Positions 30,545-39,352 of a DNA stretch of 64,000 nucleotides are shown here, in pieces. The stretch is from Candidatus Micrarchaeia archaeon (GTDB lineage Archaea; Micrarchaeota; Micrarchaeia; CABMEP01). Within the stretch, counting starts at the first letter, position 1. Every line of letters begins with the position of its first letter. The notes beneath the pieces are model-generated. The model was not told the origin of the DNA, searched no databases, and worked only from the letters and a program-made list of their open reading frames with translations. The stretch lies in NCBI GenBank assembly GCA_038886535.1, contig JAVZXS010000003.1, positions 50,369 through 114,368 of the forward strand, read 5' to 3'. Made by a program: the position numbers and the translations under genes.

Positions 30545-30718
30545 ATGGTAGTAGAGTATTCAGAATTCAAAGGAAATAAGCTTATAGTGCTTAAAAGAGA
30601 TGAGAATGATAAGTATCCATTTCAGTTCGGCAAGTCAAAGGCAAGACTCATAGTGCAACACTTTGATGAAATAAAGGCATTTGCTGAAGAAGACTCTCAA
30701 TCCGAGCTTTCAGAGTAA
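30545..30718 (+). CDS. 57-aa small protein below the ORF-track cutoff
   Basis: GGGTGA SD; MVVEYSEFKGNKLIVLKRDENDKYPFQFGKSKARLIVQHFDEIKAFAEE..., three strands plus a helix. Confidence 0.75.
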   Translation: MVVEYSEFKGNKLIVLKRDENDKYPFQFGKSKARLIVQHFDEIKAFAEEDSQSELSE

Positions 30719-30761
30719 TTATACAGGTACAGCATATAATAAAATTCAAAATTGATGGGAG

Positions 30762-31343
30762 ATGGCCGCTAAAACAAAATCGAATTTCGAGTTGCGTTTT
30801 TTCTTAGATCAATCTCTCGCAAAAAAACTTTCCTCTAGCTGGAAAAAAGAAGGGTATAAGACAAAGATTTACGCATTTTTAGATATCTATTTCAAGCACG
30901 AACGTTCAGCAAAGAAACTTGCCAAGATTAGAAAATGGAAAATCCCCAAATTTAAGCCAGAAGTGATATTCTTTGAGAGAAAGAACGGCGTTAAATCAGA
31001 GTCAAGAAAAAAGTTCAAAAATTTGCAAACTGCAGTTAATTTCTTAGAAAAGCAAGGATATGAAAAATATCTAGAAATCGAAAAAAAGAAAGGTGTAATC
31101 TTTACAAATAAATCGAAAAAGAAAGTCTATGTCCTAGAAAATATAAAGGGATTAGGCTGGTCTGGAGAAGTTGAAATAGCAAAAGATCAGAAACAGAAGA
31201 TCAAAGATGAGATAGAATATCTAAAATCCCTTGGCGTAAGCTCCTTTACATTATCCTCAATGCTTGAAATAATGGAGCAAAAATTAGGGATTAAAAAGCT
31301 AAAAAAGCCAAAGATATATAGATATTCTCTATTAAGGATTTAA
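30762..31343 (+). CDS. CYTH-like (class IV adenylate cyclase / triphosphatase fold) protein
   Basis: FELRF, DIYF, EIEKKK, IKGLGWSGEVE. Confidence 0.7.
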   Translation: MAAKTKSNFELRFFLDQSLAKKLSSSWKKEGYKTKIYAFLDIYFKHERSAKKLAKIRKWKIPKFKPEVIFFERKNGVKSESRKKFKNLQTAVNFLEKQGYEKYLEIEKKKGVIFTNKSKKKVYVLENIKGLGWSGEVEIAKDQKQKIKDEIEYLKSLGVSSFTLSSMLEIMEQKLGIKKLKKPKIYRYSLLRI

Positions 31344-31379
31344 ATTTATTTTTATATATTCTTTAGAAATTTACGATCT

Positions 31380-31943
31380 TTAGAGTGTATTATTTAAATT
31401 TTCAGGTTTTATTTTTTCTCTTAGAAGCTTTATTCGTACTTTTCCTTCCTTTACATTAAGTTCCTCTAATTTTATGTGTAATCTATATATCTTTTCATGA
31501 TCAGGAATAACATAATCAAAGATTTCTTCTTTTCCTAAATTTACTTTTAGCTTTTTTTCATCTTCTCCACTACTTATCAAAAACACAGCACTCTGATCTT
31601 TAAATGTATATGAATAAGCAAAGAATGTTATAGTTAATTCATAGTATTTTATAGCCTCTTTAAACTTTATTTCCCTTGTTACATATTTATTATCATTTAT
31701 CTCTTTTCCAATCACATCATCAATTACAACCGTCTTTGTAGAAGGAATTGGAACTTCTAAACTTGCCTTTGAATCAAACAATATTTTTTCAAATTCACGT
31801 ATTCCATATTGCTTAACCGTTTCCATCTTTCCTTCCATTAAAGGTTCTTTTTTCGCATAGATGTTTGATTCAGCATTCACTCCAGATGCAATCATTGAAT
31901 ACAATACAATGCCAGTCGCACTTTTTCTAATTATATTTTTCAT
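31380..31943 (-). CDS. Hypothetical secreted protein
   Basis: Signal peptide MKNIIRKSATGIVLYSMIASGVNA. Confidence 0.6.
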   Translation of the reverse strand: MKNIIRKSATGIVLYSMIASGVNAESNIYAKKEPLMEGKMETVKQYGIREFEKILFDSKASLEVPIPSTKTVVIDDVIGKEINDNKYVTREIKFKEAIKYYELTITFFAYSYTFKDQSAVFLISSGEDEKKLKVNLGKEEIFDYVIPDHEKIYRLHIKLEELNVKEGKVRIKLLREKIKPENLNNTL

Positions 31944-32274
31944 TTTTTCACCTTTTTATTAGTTGAGATTTACATAGATTGAGATTTACAATAATATCCT
32001 TATTTATATCGCAATATGGTAAAAATAGATCTTTATAATTAAGTTAAAATCGGTAAATGTTATATAATTTTAAAGCTTAAAAATCTATCGCTACTAGTAA
32101 AAATCTGATTTATTTTTTAATTGCTTAATTAGTAAGATTTGTTTAGATTCTGTTTAAAAAGTATTATATTTAATAATCGTTATATTATGTTTAATAATTG
32201 ATAAAATTCATTAAATTTTAGTATAAATCTAGAATATTATTTCACTTTGAAATCACAGTTTATAGGCAAAGAAA

Positions 32275-33302
32275 ATGAAACAAAAATTATTCATTATGTC
32301 ATTTTCATGCTATTTCTATTTTTGATCCAATTGTCTTTTGCAAAAGACTACTCTTACTTCTGAAATAGAAAAGAATATCTCTCCAGCAGAGATCGCGATT
32401 CTTTTATCCCCGATCTCATGAAGCTCAAGTGATGCAGACATTCTTTCGCGCATAATTTCTGTAGAGACTATGGAATCAGTTAGATTGGGTTATCTAGAGG
32501 TAGAAGAGAAGGAAGTCGAAGGATTACTAGGAAAAACAAAAAAGATTGAATTTACTCCAGTCCAAGATAAAAGTACTTCAAATCTAACAGATATACAAAT
32601 GGCAATCCTTGATTTTATCAAATCTAATTTAGAGAATGGAAGGTTCCCCCTTGATAGACGTCAACTGTTTAATATTGGATATGCTTTTGATAGCTATCGT
32701 TTTTCATTTATTGCACTCGTTAATAATTTAACTGCCAGTGTATCAATTTATTAAAATCAAAGGATTATATCGATATGTCAGGCCAGAACTTAATGAACTT
32801 AATTTTTAGTATTTGGTTCGTTATAGCTATGTTAAGCCCAATGCTTTTATCTAAAGAATTAGTTACCAACTTTGCATTATTTTTTGGTTTATTTGCAGCT
32901 ATATTTTTATCTTCTATTTTAGTCGTTTTCCTTAATATGAAACCAGATATCTTAGGGAGATGGTCAAGAGAAGGAAGAATCAAACATGAGAAGGTCTTAA
33001 GATATAAGAAATTTATGGAAGATTTGACTCTAATGAAAGAGAAGGGGATAAAGGATGTAATATTGTGGGAGAGGCTTCTAGTTCATGCAACCGCATTGGG
33101 AGTTGCAGATAAAGTGATTAATGCAATGGATGCGATTATGCCAAACTATAAATCAAATCCAAGACTCAGGATGTCTGCAGCTGTTGCTATCTCTCTTCCA
33201 TCTGTAACTAGAAATACAGTCCATCCATATACAAGGGGACGCTCAAGAGGAGGCTTCGGAGCTGGAGGCAGAGGTGGAGGAGGCGGTGACGGAGCAATAT
33301 AA
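32275..33302 (+). pseudogene. Fragmented DUF2207 family membrane protein
   Basis: Pieces in different frames: signal ..LSFAKDYS*, SPAEIAILL*, RLGYLEVEE, and C-terminal YKKFMED..LWERLLVHATALGV..GGFGAGGRGGGGG; large internal deletions. Confidence 0.75.
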
Positions 33303-33334
33303 TTTTTTTAATCTTAAGGAAGTATTAGATAACT

Positions 33335-33565
33335 ATGCAAGAATTCAACTCAAAATTTTCTTTCAAAAATAGAACAATAAATAGTTTGGAAAATCTTGAG
33401 TTGGCTGCAAAAAAGCTGAAAAATAAAGTAAAAACATCAACCTTAGATGATGGTTGGTTCAAGAAAATAAATTCACATGAGTACGAATCAATATCTCGGT
33501 CAATAGAATTGTGGATAGATATAATAGAACACGCTGAGAGAAAGAGAAAAATGGAAAAGAAATGA
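33335..33565 (+). CDS. Small hypothetical protein
   Basis: 76-aa ORF, charged and helical. Confidence 0.4.
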   Translation: MQEFNSKFSFKNRTINSLENLELAAKKLKNKVKTSTLDDGWFKKINSHEYESISRSIELWIDIIEHAERKRKMEKK

Positions 33566-33581
33566 ATTGCAGCCAAGAAAA

Positions 33582-33824
33582 TCAAAACAATAATCCACCA
33601 GCATGTGGATCTTCATCGTCAATTTCCTCAACAATTTTTTTTACTATCTCAATTAATTCTTTTCTTTTTTCAATATCGCTGATTTTCTTTATTACTATAT
33701 TTGTTTCTACTGGATTTGCATATTCGGTTTTGTTGTTTATAATTTCTTCTTCTTTAACACTACCTAATTTAGACATTCTATCTTTTTTTGTACTTTTTTG
33801 CTTTGACATTTTTATTTTTTTCAT
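33582..33824 (-). CDS. Small hypothetical protein
   Basis: 80-aa ORF with a GGAGTGA SD. Confidence 0.5.
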   Translation of the reverse strand: MKKIKMSKQKSTKKDRMSKLGSVKEEEIINNKTEYANPVETNIVIKKISDIEKRKELIEIVKKIVEEIDDEDPHAGGLLF

Positions 33825-33956
33825 ATTTTCACTCCGAATTAAATAGGATTTATACTATTCATATAATAGTTAGATACTTTTTAGGATTAGATCTGCCTTA
33901 TTATTACACAAAATAAGATTAAAAACCTTCTCTATTCTGTATAATATTGTGAGAAG

Positions 33957-35207
33957 ATGCCTAAAAATAATAAAACAGCACTCATAATAAATTATACAAA
34001 CCAGAATAGAAACAGTTTTAATTCTCTTTTGGGCGCTTTAGAAGCTAATCAAGATATAAATATAGATATTTATTTTGTATCAAAAGAAAGTGAAATAGTC
34101 ACTTTATTAAAAAATAAATATGACTCATATGACAAAATAGTAGTCGCGTTTTCATTTTTTACTATAAATCTGAATAAAGTTGCTAAGTTAATGTCTTCTT
34201 TAATAGAGATAAAGAGAGCCATGAATAATCCAAGTAAATTAATTTTTATTGCAGGTGGTCCACATCCTTCTGGAGACCCTAGAGGTACTATAGAGTTAGG
34301 ATTTGATTTTGTCTTTATAGGTGAATCTGAAGAGTCATTTCCAGAATTTTTAAGGAGAGTTATAAATAATGGCGATTATTTTAAAGTCAAAGGATTATTT
34401 TACAAAGAAGGAGATGAATATATATTTACAGGTAGACCAAATAAAATAAATCTAGACAATTTTCCTCCATTTTCATTAAAATATTCAAAATTTGGTCCAA
34501 TAGAAATAACCAGAGGTTGTCCTTTCTGTTGCTATTATTGTCAAACACCTCAGCTTTTTGGAGTTAATGTAAGACATAGATCTGAAGATTCAATCTTAGA
34601 ATGGGTAAAAATAATGCGAAGAAATAAATTACGTGATATAAGATATATTTCACCAGATTCTTTTGCATATGGTTCAGATGATGGGAAAAAATTAAATATC
34701 AATGCTTTGGAATCTCTTTTTTCAAAGATATTCGAAGTAATAAAACCTTACGGTAGACAATTTATTGGTTCTTTTCCTTCTGAAGTAAGACCAGAACATG
34801 TTACAGAAGAGACAGTTGATATTGTTTTAAAATATGGTTCAAATAGAAACATTATTTTTGGAGCACAGACAGGAAGCGACAGACTTCTGAAGGAGCTCAA
34901 TAGAGGACATACAGTTGAAGATGTTTATATGGCAGTAGATGTCTGTTTAAAGAAAAATTTGATTCCTCATATAGATTTTATTTTTGGTCTTCCCGGAGAA
35001 AATGAGGAAGATGTAATTTCTACAATTGAAATGATTAAAGATCTTACATCTAAAGGTGCGATTATTCATGCACACAGATTTTTTCCTTTGCCACAGACGG
35101 TGTTTTCAAAAGAAAGTCGTGGAGTAGTAAACGAAAAAATAATTAAATTGGCGGGCGAACTTAGTCGAAAAGGATTACTTTATGGAAATATTAATGATTA
35201 CCAATAA
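33957..35207 (+). CDS. B12-binding domain / radical SAM protein (MJ1487-like)
   Basis: AGGPHPS..GESE B12-binding region; EITRGCPFCCYYCQTP CxxxCxxC; FPSEVRPE. Confidence 0.9.
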   Translation: MPKNNKTALIINYTNQNRNSFNSLLGALEANQDINIDIYFVSKESEIVTLLKNKYDSYDKIVVAFSFFTINLNKVAKLMSSLIEIKRAMNNPSKLIFIAGGPHPSGDPRGTIELGFDFVFIGESEESFPEFLRRVINNGDYFKVKGLFYKEGDEYIFTGRPNKINLDNFPPFSLKYSKFGPIEITRGCPFCCYYCQTPQLFGVNVRHRSEDSILEWVKIMRRNKLRDIRYISPDSFAYGSDDGKKLNINALESLFSKIFEVIKPYGRQFIGSFPSEVRPEHVTEETVDIVLKYGSNRNIIFGAQTGSDRLLKELNRGHTVEDVYMAVDVCLKKNLIPHIDFIFGLPGENEEDVISTIEMIKDLTSKGAIIHAHRFFPLPQTVFSKESRGVVNEKIIKLAGELSRKGLLYGNINDYQ

Positions 35208-35287
35208 CTCTCTATTTTTTAGAAAAACTTGAACTGTGGCGTTTTAAGGTTTATAAATTAAACAGTAAATCTTCTTTAGGTGATAAA

Positions 35288-36445
35288 ATGGCTGTTGAAT
35301 TTTTGGATTCAGATCAAGATGGATCAGAAGCAGTTAAAACATCACGACTTTATTCAAAACCAAGATGGGACAAGAGTTGGGCTCCTTTTAGAAACAGAAG
35401 CTGGGATGAATTCTCTAGATTAAAAATAGAGGATAAATTACCATTGTTTTCTAAGAATGGAAGAGTGTATGATGTTTTATTTGCACAGCAATTTGATAGA
35501 GAATCTTTAGATTATCTCTGTTCTCTTGCAGACAAGTTAAGAGAGATTACAAAATCAAGAGAAGGAGATAGATTTGTTTCAGACCTTTTATTTGATAAGC
35601 GCGCTATACTAGTTTTCAATCAGCCTTCAAGTAGAACATTCTTATCTTTTCAAAATGCATGTCATATTTTAGGTATGAAGACTTCAGAAATAAGAGATGT
35701 TTCGACCTCTTCATTTGCTAAAGGTGAATCTCCATTAGATTCTATAAGAACCTTTGCAAGCTATGTGCATTTGATGATAATGAGGATGAAAGAAGACGGA
35801 TTTGTAGAAAAGGCAGCATGGCATTTGAATGCAGAGACAAACAGACCTATTCCAATAATTAATGCTGGATCAGGTACAGATCAACATCCAACACAAGCTC
35901 TTCTTGATATATATACAATGACAAGACTTCTTGAAGGTGGAATAGATGGAAAAAATATAGTTATGGTAGGGGATCTAAAAAGAGGAAGAACAGTTCGGTC
36001 GCTTTCATACCTAATGAAGAATTACAAAAATGTACATATAACTTATGTCTCTCCAGAAGAATTTAGAATGGGCCTTGATATACTCGAATTCTTAAGAAAA
36101 CACAATATTCCTTACACTGAAACATACGACTTTAATTCTGCGATAAAAGATGCAGATGTAATTTATATGACACGAATACAGGATGAATATGATAAAAATA
36201 ACGAGTCAAAGAAAGTAGATTATACAAAATATTATTTCAAGCAAGAGCATCTAAATTCGATCAAACCTTCTTGTATTATCATGCATCCACTTCCAAGAAG
36301 AGATGAGATAGATCCAAAGGTAGATAGAGATGAAAGAGCTGTTTATTGGAGGCAAGAAAGAAATGGAATGTGGATAAGGGCAGCATTAATCGCATATATA
36401 TTTCAAGTCGATTCTTTAATAATGGAATTTAAATTAAAGCAATAA
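35288..36445 (+). CDS. pyrB: Aspartate carbamoyltransferase catalytic subunit, divergent
   Basis: PSSRT (STRT variant), KGES, QHPTQALLD, GDLKRGRTVRSL, TRIQ, MHPLPR. Confidence 0.88.
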   Translation: MAVEFLDSDQDGSEAVKTSRLYSKPRWDKSWAPFRNRSWDEFSRLKIEDKLPLFSKNGRVYDVLFAQQFDRESLDYLCSLADKLREITKSREGDRFVSDLLFDKRAILVFNQPSSRTFLSFQNACHILGMKTSEIRDVSTSSFAKGESPLDSIRTFASYVHLMIMRMKEDGFVEKAAWHLNAETNRPIPIINAGSGTDQHPTQALLDIYTMTRLLEGGIDGKNIVMVGDLKRGRTVRSLSYLMKNYKNVHITYVSPEEFRMGLDILEFLRKHNIPYTETYDFNSAIKDADVIYMTRIQDEYDKNNESKKVDYTKYYFKQEHLNSIKPSCIIMHPLPRRDEIDPKVDRDERAVYWRQERNGMWIRAALIAYIFQVDSLIMEFKLKQ

Positions 36446-36509
36446 TTTTTTTTGAATTTTTTACTTTTTTCGAATATAAATTTATATTTTTTTCGAATAT
36501 AATTATATT

Positions 36510-37031
36510 ATGATGCCAAGAATGCCACATGTTACATGGGAATTTATCCTCGAAAATAATGAAGATGTTAAAAAATTATCAGACAGAGACTTTATAGAAA
36601 AATTTGTAATTGAATTTTGCAAAGAGTTTGAGCTGACAGTATTAGAACCTAGGTTAAATTATCAATTCAAAGGAGAAAAACCTGAAGAAAATGGAATAAC
36701 AGCATTTTATATACTTTCAGAAAGTGGCATTCATATTCAGACTTGGCCAGAATATAAATATGGTTTTATAGACGTATTTTCATGTAAACATTTTGATGAA
36801 AAACTTGCAACAAAATTCATAAGAAAAGTATTTGGCAAAGGAAATTATCACTATGATATAGTTTGGAGAGGAACGATCTTTAACAGTATGAAAGAGAAAG
36901 ATATAATACTTGACAATCAAAATCTTGTTAAACAACTTAGCCAGAAAGAATTATTAGATAAGAGTAAAGATTCAAACTCAATCGTTAGGGAAAAAAGAAT
37001 AAGAATAGACAGGTATAAGTTAAAAGAATAG
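36510..37031 (+). CDS. speD: Pyruvoyl-dependent S-adenosylmethionine decarboxylase family protein, atypical
   Basis: GITAFYILSESGIHIQTWPEY...DVFSCK versus canonical ESHxxxHTWPE. Confidence 0.7.
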   Translation: MMPRMPHVTWEFILENNEDVKKLSDRDFIEKFVIEFCKEFELTVLEPRLNYQFKGEKPEENGITAFYILSESGIHIQTWPEYKYGFIDVFSCKHFDEKLATKFIRKVFGKGNYHYDIVWRGTIFNSMKEKDIILDNQNLVKQLSQKELLDKSKDSNSIVREKRIRIDRYKLKE

Positions 37032-37082
37032 AGTGTCAATTTATTCAATTAATTGTAATCAATGTACTCATTAGATGGTAAA

Positions 37083-37196
37083 ATGGAAACTAGAAAATGT
37101 CCTTTATGTAGAGGAGAGATGCGACAGGTGAATGAAAATCCACCTCCAAAGATTTGGGTTTGTGGCAAGTGCGGCTACAGAGTCAGTGAGGAATAA
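37083..37196 (+). CDS. 37-aa Zn-ribbon microprotein
   Basis: Manual translation METRKCPLCRGEMRQVNENPPPKIWVCGKCGYRVSEE* (CPxC...CxxCG). Confidence 0.65.
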   Translation: METRKCPLCRGEMRQVNENPPPKIWVCGKCGYRVSEE

Positions 37197-37242
37197 ATCT
37201 TCTAAAAGAAAAGTATTTAATATATAAAAACAGTATTAAATT

Positions 37243-38700
37243 ATGGAACCTTTCGTAGCAGAATATATAGGTTGGTTGGAAAGAGAAAATAAATGGCTTT
37301 TCAACAGATTAATTGAATATTCTACTAGTATGAAGGGAAGACTTAAGGTTTCTTTTCTTTTTAATGCTTATCAACCTAGATGTAATAGACTTTTCAAAAC
37401 TGAAAAACCATTACTTCCAGATAACGAAAATCCATTTTTTCATTCTCTTTATGAGAATATTAAGGCTCACAGAATCGAAAGAAAAGTAAAAGACAATCTT
37501 ATTGCGATTGCACTAACTGATTGTTATGTTCCTTTATTAACGATTGCAGAACAATTTCCAAATTCTATCACTATTGCATTTCCTCAAATCACTCTTGATG
37601 AAATCAAAAACAGATATCCTATTTTTATAGATAAACTCTCGCAATATTATTTAAATGGAAAAGTAGATATTGGAATATCTTCATACCACCATTCTTTTGC
37701 ACCTTTATTAGATGAAAAATTACTTTATCAAGAATATAATGCATCTATTTCCGCATTTCTCTCTTATATTAGATTAAAGAAAAAATATATTTCTCTTCAC
37801 ATACCAGAATGTGCAGTTTCTCCATCATTGATAAATACACTTGCAAAAATACAATCAGAGAATTTTATAGATTTTGTAACGGTTCTAGATTCAGATTATC
37901 ATAATCAGAATGGTTTCTATGACATTGGAAAATTGAATAAAATTAACTATTTTACAAATGGAAGAATGTCAAGTATTAATGTATTGTTTAGCAATAATTA
38001 CTTTTCACGCAAGCTATTTTCATTTCCACCTAATTCAGATCCTAAAGAAGTAGGATTTTGGTATTTCACAAGACTTTTCGAAAGTGTTGCTAAACCACAA
38101 CCTTATCCTTATTGGGATAAGATGAAATCTGGAGAAGAAATAAGATTTACCATTCATACAGATGCAGAAACAATAGGCTTTTATGTGCAGGAAAGAATTT
38201 ATTCTCTTTATCTAATGATTCACTTAATGAAAAATTTTGATATAAGCTTTAACTACATTTCAGATTTTAGTGAAAGTGATATAGTGATCAAAGATAAGAT
38301 CGAACCTCTCCTTTATAAGACATGGGATATGGAAACATGTGGAACTACTAATAGATGGATAAAAAGAGAATATGATAGTTCTTCCCAGTTTTTCCTTACT
38401 GCGAAAGAGATATTTCCTTATCTTTTAGATAAACTTTCACAAAAAGAACAGGAGATGGACAGAAAAGAGAGAAAAAGGCTTTGGATTGCAAAAATGAGAT
38501 GGGCAAATGCATTGACATCCTGTCCACACTGGTGGAGTGAGCCAAACAGCATTGCAGGAAGACAATTTGCAAGAGATGTAATAGAAACAGGAAAGCAAAT
38601 ACGCAAATTAGAGAGACATCTTCCTGCTGATTATAAAGAGATATTAAATGCAACCGAAAGAATTAGTGAACATCCATTCATAAAGAAAGCATTGCTATAG
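37243..38700 (+). CDS. GH57-family glycoside hydrolase-like protein
   Basis: NAYQP, YHHSFAPLL, HIPECA (nucleophile Glu), TDAET (acid/base Asp), SCPHWW. Confidence 0.7.
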   Translation: MEPFVAEYIGWLERENKWLFNRLIEYSTSMKGRLKVSFLFNAYQPRCNRLFKTEKPLLPDNENPFFHSLYENIKAHRIERKVKDNLIAIALTDCYVPLLTIAEQFPNSITIAFPQITLDEIKNRYPIFIDKLSQYYLNGKVDIGISSYHHSFAPLLDEKLLYQEYNASISAFLSYIRLKKKYISLHIPECAVSPSLINTLAKIQSENFIDFVTVLDSDYHNQNGFYDIGKLNKINYFTNGRMSSINVLFSNNYFSRKLFSFPPNSDPKEVGFWYFTRLFESVAKPQPYPYWDKMKSGEEIRFTIHTDAETIGFYVQERIYSLYLMIHLMKNFDISFNYISDFSESDIVIKDKIEPLLYKTWDMETCGTTNRWIKREYDSSSQFFLTAKEIFPYLLDKLSQKEQEMDRKERKRLWIAKMRWANALTSCPHWWSEPNSIAGRQFARDVIETGKQIRKLERHLPADYKEILNATERISEHPFIKKALL

Positions 38701-38799
38701 ATGATTGAATTAATATGTTCATGCCACTTAAAATACAGTTGTTATTGCTTCCATCGCCTTTCTTAAAAGTAGATCTTTTTTTACGTTCATATTTTTCAT

Positions 38800-39235
38800 A
38801 CTTTTGCCGCGTTTTATAGTGACTATTACTCTTTCAAGTGTTCTGACAACAATATGCGCTCCTTTCTTAAGCATGTCTGACTGAACGTTTATAGAAGTCC
38901 AACTGTAGATTGGCTATTGAAAAATTTCTATAGTGCTTTGCAAATTTCTTTATTTCATTTGTAACCTGCAGCGCCAGCTTTCTGGTTGGGGCAAGTATGA
39001 TAGATTAGACAGATCTGTCCTGAAGAGTTGTCTTTTCTATTATATGTATTCCAAATTCAACACTCTTTCCGCTTACTGTCTGTATCTGCGCAACTAAATT
39101 AAAGTAGTACAAGAAGCGGAATTACATCCATTTGTATCAGCTAGGGTCCCTTCAACACTATTTCTTCTATAGTATCTATAGTTTCTTTTTTCAATCCTAT
39201 TTTTGCAAACTCACTTTCAGTTTTATCTTCTAAAC
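38800..39235 (-). pseudogene. DEAD-box RNA helicase N-terminal remnant
   Basis: Minus strand: EFAKIGL...GP*LIQMDVIP / LVAQIQTVSGKSVEFGIHIIE...V*SIILAPTRKLALQV / GAHIVVRTLERV, i.e. decayed Q, I, Ia and Ib motifs. Confidence 0.8.
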
Positions 39236-39352
39236 CACTTTTATTATTAAATGTACATTTATAATTTAGTAGAACTGAATCCCAGTTAAATGTCAATTTG
39301 AATGAAATATAAATCTTTTTAAATATTCAAATCAAATGAATAACGTGATAGC

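Noticed and set aside
35288..36445. pyrB as a polyamine-related carbamoyltransferase, given the speD neighbour and SSRT variant
   Set aside because: Aspartate-specific KGES, GRTVRS, RIQ and HPLP motifs are retained
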